The notes under the pieces: model-generated | Database searches by the model: none | The model's input: the letters and a program-made list of their open reading frames with translations, nothing else | Told to the model about the DNA's origin: nothing | Part shown: in pieces, positions 6,895-11,071 of the stretch | Position numbering within the stretch: the stretch's first letter is position 1 | Layout of the letters: every line of letters begins with the position of its first letter | Source of the DNA: a bacterium | GTDB taxonomy: Bacteria > Krumholzibacteriota > Krumholzibacteriia > G020349025 | Assembly (NCBI GenBank): GCA_031362565.1 | Contig: JANLSU010000034.1 | Location: 1 to 11,071, forward strand | DNA: 11,071 nucleotides | Reading direction: 5' to 3' | Translations under genes and position numbers: made by a program

Positions 6895-6923
6895 AATATA
6901 GAGCCCACGGCGGGGGGCGGCAA
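6895..6923 (-). promoter_or_regulatory. Internal sigma70-type promoter upstream of the FGE-family gene
   Basis: Minus strand TTGCCG (6923-6918), 17-nt spacer, TATATT (6900-6895), in the only intergenic gap of the minus-strand block. Confidence 0.6.
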
Positions 6924-6953
6924 GCATCACCGGACCCAACCCACCGAAGAGGA

Positions 6954-7928
6954 TCAGCGCAGAAACACGTCGGGGGGCGAGATGCCGAGGATCGAAGGAT
7001 CCAGGGATTCGACGATGCGGGTCGCGGGGCTCGTGTCGAGGTCGATCCATTCCTCGCCGGGGACGGAGAGCCCGCCGGAGTCGCGCAGCACGCGCACCAG
7101 CGGCCGGTCGAGTTTGGCGATCGCCGGATTCGGCCGGACCACGACACCGATCTCGCCTTCGGCGAGACGCACCGTTGTCCCCGGCGGGTAGATCCCGAGG
7201 AGCTGGGCGAAGCGTTGCAGGAGGGTGGGCTCGAAACGCGCCCCGGTGGCCTGCAGCAAGAACGCGACGACAAGGTCTGGACTGCCGGCCAGCCCCGGGC
7301 GGGCGGTCAGATCATCGTAAGCATCCGCAATGCGAACGATACCGAGACTCGGATCTTCCGAGCCGGGAGCGATCGTCCGCACGGGGCCGCGGAACTCTTC
7401 CTGATGTTCAACGGCGATCCAGGCCGCATGTGCCACGCGCTCGATCGGGCCCGTCCGCAGAATCGCGGTGACGCCGGCGAGGCCATGCTCTTCGGTTTCC
7501 ACACTCGCATCGCGCCCCAGATCGTGGAGCAATCCCGCCAACGCGATCGGTACGCACGAGGTGCGGTCGATTCCCACCGCCAAGGCCAGCGACACCGAGT
7601 GCACCATGACATTCACTGCGTGGGTCTGCATGAAGCGCTGGGCGGGCGGCACCGCAAGCGATTTGACCGTCGTCAGGCCAACGAGTGAAGCAGCGTCATC
7701 GCGCATGGCATCGACAGTGCGCTGTGCAATGCGTTCCAGTGCGTCGAGATCGATGCCGGCACCACGTTGCAGTGCCGATGCCGCGCTCTCGTATGCCGTG
7801 ACGGCTTGAACATAGAGGCGCCGCGCTGCAGCGCGCTTGCCTGCCGAAGGCGCCGGGCTCGAATTCGATACGACGCTCGTTGTCCGGGCGAGCGTCAGCG
7901 CGCCGGTTGCCGAGGTTCCCTCAAGCAT
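6954..7928 (-). CDS. HD-GYP-like protein with degenerate motifs
   Basis: HAVNV, LAGLLHDLG, EHQE, IVRIADAYDDLTARP, and the C-terminal LGIYPPGTTVRL..GEIGVV extension seen in HD-GYP proteins. The GYP loop is absent. ATG 7928 overlaps the HEAT gene stop by 8 nt. Confidence 0.82.
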   Translation of the reverse strand: MLEGTSATGALTLARTTSVVSNSSPAPSAGKRAAARRLYVQAVTAYESAASALQRGAGIDLDALERIAQRTVDAMRDDAASLVGLTTVKSLAVPPAQRFMQTHAVNVMVHSVSLALAVGIDRTSCVPIALAGLLHDLGRDASVETEEHGLAGVTAILRTGPIERVAHAAWIAVEHQEEFRGPVRTIAPGSEDPSLGIVRIADAYDDLTARPGLAGSPDLVVAFLLQATGARFEPTLLQRFAQLLGIYPPGTTVRLAEGEIGVVVRPNPAIAKLDRPLVRVLRDSGGLSVPGEEWIDLDTSPATRIVESLDPSILGISPPDVFLR

Positions 7929-9735
7929 CGTCGGCCTCCAAGCCGAAGCCCTGATCCTCGCGCGGCGCCTTGCCGATTCGAGCCGGCTGGCACCAGCCGT
8001 CCTCGTCGGTGAAGTTGGGGACTGCACGGCGCCCCTCGAACGACGCGAGCGCCAGCTCACAGGCCTCCCGCAATTTCCGGTCACGCCCCGCGGCGTACTC
8101 GCGCAGGACCTTCGCAGCTTCGGGCCGCCCGGTTTCGCCGAGAGCGATTGCGGCGCCGCGCCGCAACTCGGATTGCCAACCGACCCGCAAGAGTTGGCGC
8201 TGCGTGAGCTGCTCCAACAGTTCGGTGAACGTCGCGTCGTCCGCGAGCCGGCCGTAGGTGCGGAAGAAATCGTCGCGCTCCTCGGCAGTGCGGGTTCGAA
8301 ACGTCCGGTCTTCGAAGAGAATGGCGCGCAACCAGGGCAGCGCCTGACGATCGCCCGCGGTTGCGAGCGCCCAGACCGCCGACTGGCGCACTCGCACATC
8401 CGCGTCCTCCAGCATCGCACCGAGCAATTCGGTGGACTGCGCGGCCGGGACGCGGCCGAGCGCACGCGCCGTCTCGATGCGAACGCGTTCGTCCTCGTGA
8501 CGCGTCCACGGTGCCAAGAGCGGCAAGACGCCGGGGTCGCCGATGCGTCCTAGAACGTAGGCGACGTTGCGGGCCACGAACCACGGCCGGCCCGCGGCCT
8601 GGGTGATGAGAACGCGCGGATCACCGGCCGACACGGCGGCGAGGACTTGGCACACCAAGCGGCGCGCCTCCATCGTCGCGAGCTTTTCGAGCAACAGGCC
8701 AAGCGGTTCGACGGCGCCCGGCAGCGTTGCCAGTACATTTCGCACCGCGGTTTTCTCTTCGACGTCGGCATTGGGATCGTCGAGCACCGCGCCGAGCGCG
8801 AGTGCGTTGGTCTCCGTGCACAGCCGCTGCAGCGATGGTTCGATCCACGCCGGTGTTTCTTGGCCGGCGACACCGCCCGCCCGCAGGCGCACGAGTGCAT
8901 CGCGCAGCCATGGCACGCGCCGCTGCTCGACAAGTGTTTCCACGACATCGCCGAGCACCTTGGCGGCGCTGGCACGCACCACCGGATCCGGGTCGCGTTC
9001 GGCACACATGGCGATGCGACGAATGCAGCGCGACGCCGCTTCTTCCGACGTCACGACTTGCAGGCGATGGATCCAGGAGCGTCCGTCGGCGCCGATCGCG
9101 ATCAAGTGGCGCCAGTCCGTCGATTGCGTCGCAGTGGCCTGTCCAGGCCCCGCATCGAAAAGCCGTACGAGTTCCGCATGCTCGCCGGTGAGGGCGGCCG
9201 GGACCACCGCCGCGGCGCGCAGGCCGGCCGTTGCTGCGCCGGCGGTCGCCATTTCGTCCGCCGTCCGTACGACGACATGATCGAAGTCGATGCGCCACAA
9301 ACGCAGCGCGGGTGACGCCTGCGGCGTTTCGCCGTCCTGAAACAGCGCGATCAGGTGTTCGATTTCGCGGCGCTCGACGCCGCACTTGAAGAGCAATTCG
9401 CGGATGCCGGCGGCCGCGAGACGCGCCGCCACCTCGGATCCGGCGGTCAGCCGGGTGCGATGCGCCCGGAATCCGTCTGGCGCCACCTGAATGGCGAGGA
9501 AGGAGTGCTCATCGAGCCATGCTTGTAGGGTCCGGGTGAGCGTGACCGCCGCCGCTTCGGCGCGCACGCTGCTGTATTTTTCTTCCGCGGCGCGTTCGAA
9601 CGCGCTGCAGACTTTGGACGCGACGCTCACTTCAGCGGCGGCGACACCACCAGGCGATGGCGCCAAATCGTCCGCCCCCGGTCCGGTCGTACCGGCGCGT
9701 GGAGGCTGATTTGTGGGCTCGCTCACCAGCGACAT
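7921..9735 (-). CDS. HEAT-repeat domain protein
   Basis: Repeated HEAT/PBS-like units: DPDPVVRASAAKVLG, PWFVARNVAYVLGRIGD, HEDERVRIETARALGRV, DADVRVRQSAVWALA, SELRRGAAIALGETG, DRKLREACELAL. 604-aa ORF downstream of a sigma54 promoter. Confidence 0.88.
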   Translation of the reverse strand: MSLVSEPTNQPPRAGTTGPGADDLAPSPGGVAAAEVSVASKVCSAFERAAEEKYSSVRAEAAAVTLTRTLQAWLDEHSFLAIQVAPDGFRAHRTRLTAGSEVAARLAAAGIRELLFKCGVERREIEHLIALFQDGETPQASPALRLWRIDFDHVVVRTADEMATAGAATAGLRAAAVVPAALTGEHAELVRLFDAGPGQATATQSTDWRHLIAIGADGRSWIHRLQVVTSEEAASRCIRRIAMCAERDPDPVVRASAAKVLGDVVETLVEQRRVPWLRDALVRLRAGGVAGQETPAWIEPSLQRLCTETNALALGAVLDDPNADVEEKTAVRNVLATLPGAVEPLGLLLEKLATMEARRLVCQVLAAVSAGDPRVLITQAAGRPWFVARNVAYVLGRIGDPGVLPLLAPWTRHEDERVRIETARALGRVPAAQSTELLGAMLEDADVRVRQSAVWALATAGDRQALPWLRAILFEDRTFRTRTAEERDDFFRTYGRLADDATFTELLEQLTQRQLLRVGWQSELRRGAAIALGETGRPEAAKVLREYAAGRDRKLREACELALASFEGRRAVPNFTDEDGWCQPARIGKAPREDQGFGLEADDA

Positions 9736-9822
9736 GCTCGTCCCGACACGGCTGCAGGCCTACGATCACCGCGAGCTGCCGTTGGCAACCCGCGCGACAT
9801 TTGCCGAGCGCGCATGGAAAAC

Positions 9823-9838
9823 AGCAAGGACGGTGCCA
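9823..9838 (-). promoter_or_regulatory. sigma54 (RpoN) -24/-12 promoter for the HEAT/HD-GYP pair
   Basis: Minus strand TGGCAC-CGTCC-TTGCT. Predicted TSS about 9812, about 77 nt upstream of ATG 9735. Confidence 0.78.
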
Positions 9839-9880
9839 TCGGGCGCGATGCGGAACGGCGGGCGCGTTCCGGACACGGGG

Positions 9881-9910
9881 TTGCCGGACACGCCGCGGCT
9901 CCGCTATGAT
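9881..9910 (+). promoter_or_regulatory. sigma70-type promoter for lipA
   Basis: TTGCCG (9881-9886), 18-nt spacer, TATGAT (9905-9910), about 45 nt upstream of the lipA ATG. Confidence 0.55.
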
Positions 9911-9954
9911 TCTGCGGCTTTGCTGCGGCACCCACCACGATCCTGCAGGTGTGC

Positions 9955-10845
9955 ATGTCCCTCGCGACGGATCCGAAACCCGACAACGCGCGCCCCCGCC
10001 GTCCCGAATGGCTGAAGGTGACGCTGCCGCACGGCGAGAACTACGGCCTGATCAAGTCGCTCATCGACCAGCACCGTCTGCATACGGTGTGTGAAGAGGC
10101 GCGCTGTCCGAACGTCGGCGACTGCTGGAGCGCCGGCACTGCGACGTTCATGATTCTGGGCGATACCTGCACGCGGAGCTGCGGCTTTTGTGCCGTCAAG
10201 ACCGGCCGTCCGGCGGCGCTCGATCTCGACGAACCACGCCGTCTTGCACAGGCGATCAAGGTCCTGAATCTGACTCACGCCGTCATCACCAGCGTCAACC
10301 GCGACGAACTCCCGGACGGCGGCGCCGCCATCTTCGCGGAATGCATCCGCGAAGTTCGGCGTGAACTCCCCGCCTGCCGGGTCGAAGTCTTGATTCCGGA
10401 TTTTCGCGGTGAGTGGAGTGCCTTGCAAACCGTGATCGATGCACGCCCCGACATTGTGAATCACAACACCGAAACCGTGCCGCGCCTGTACTCGGTCGTG
10501 CGGCCGCAGGCGAAGTACGAACGTTCGCTGGAACTGCTGCGGCGTGCCAAGGATCAGGGCGCATTCACCAAGACCGGCATCATGATCGGCATCGGTGAAC
10601 GCGACGAAGAAGTCTACGAAGTCATGCGCGATCTACGCACCGTCGAGTGCGACGTGCTGACTATCGGCCAGTACCTGCAGCCATCAAAACAGCATCTCCC
10701 GGTCGACCGTTTCGTACCGCCCGCCACCTTCGCCGACATGCGCACAGCCGCCCTCGCCATGGGCTTCCGTTACTGCGAATCCGGCCCCCTAGTCCGCAGC
10801 TCCTACCACGCCGAACGCCAAGTAGCCGGCCCCCCAAACGCCTAA
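9955..10845 (+). CDS. lipA: Lipoyl synthase
   Basis: RPEWLK, auxiliary-cluster motif [12 protein letters not shown] (CX4CX5C), ATFMILG, radical-[11 protein letters not shown] (CX3CX2C), [19 protein letters not shown], and C-terminal VRSSYHA. ATG 9955 chosen; GTG 9949 is an alternative. Confidence 0.98.
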   Translation: MSLATDPKPDNARPRRPEWLKVTLPHGENYGLIKSLIDQHRLHTVCEEARCPNVGDCWSAGTATFMILGDTCTRSCGFCAVKTGRPAALDLDEPRRLAQAIKVLNLTHAVITSVNRDELPDGGAAIFAECIREVRRELPACRVEVLIPDFRGEWSALQTVIDARPDIVNHNTETVPRLYSVVRPQAKYERSLELLRRAKDQGAFTKTGIMIGIGERDEEVYEVMRDLRTVECDVLTIGQYLQPSKQHLPVDRFVPPATFADMRTAALAMGFRYCESGPLVRSSYHAERQVAGPPNA

Positions 10846-11071
10846 TTCGCAGCCGTTTTTTCCGGCGCGCGACTGACATGCGGGCGGCCTCGCGGTCGTT
10901 CGATGGCGATCACGGTCATGCAAGACGCACCCCGGCTCGTAGACCGTCGCGCGCCACCCAGCCCAAAAAACTCCTCAACCCGAACACGACACCCCTTGGC
11001 CCTCTGCTCGAGCGCCGCCGGTGGCGGCGGGGCTTGGGCGCGGCGAGTGCGGGTGGGCGAGTCGCGAGGAG

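Noticed and set aside
6327..7688. Long antisense ORFs (6327-7688 +, 1656-2723 -, 4082-5011 +, 8567-9280 + and similar)
   Set aside because: Shadow ORFs expected in high-GC DNA opposite better-supported genes. No motifs seen.
11007..11071. GC-rich hairpin (CGCCGCC-ggt-GGCGGCG, 11013-11029) as lipA terminator, and GAGGAG at 11066-11071
   Set aside because: No T-tract follows the hairpin and it lies about 170 nt past the stop. The terminal GAGGAG may be the SD of a gene beyond the window, which cannot be verified here.

Overview
High-GC bacterial window with nine complete CDSs and one probable partial CDS at the left edge. Plus strand: an exported CE4 polysaccharide deacetylase fused to a C-terminal NTF2/SnoaL-like domain (672-1949), then an extended-SDR NAD-dependent epimerase/dehydratase (1980-3026). 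Minus strand, read right to left: HEAT-repeat protein (7921-9735), degenerate HD-GYP protein (6954-7928), FGE-sulfatase/SUMF1-fold protein (5871-6842), HD_3-type hydrolase (5239-5874), exported hypothetical protein (4106-5242) and class I SAM methyltransferase (3298-4122). Lipoyl synthase lipA (9955-10845, +) diverges from that block. The most striking non-coding signal is three near-consensus sigma54 (-24/-12) promoters, all intergenic. One of them (3185-3200, +) has no downstream sense gene. Its predicted start site (about 3211) coincides with the first base of a closed three-way-junction structure (3211-3283), making it a candidate sigma54-dependent small RNA. A second sigma54 promoter drives the HEAT/degenerate HD-GYP pair, and its leader shares short motifs with that RNA. 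All calls come from reading motifs by eye; no database searches or folding programs were run.
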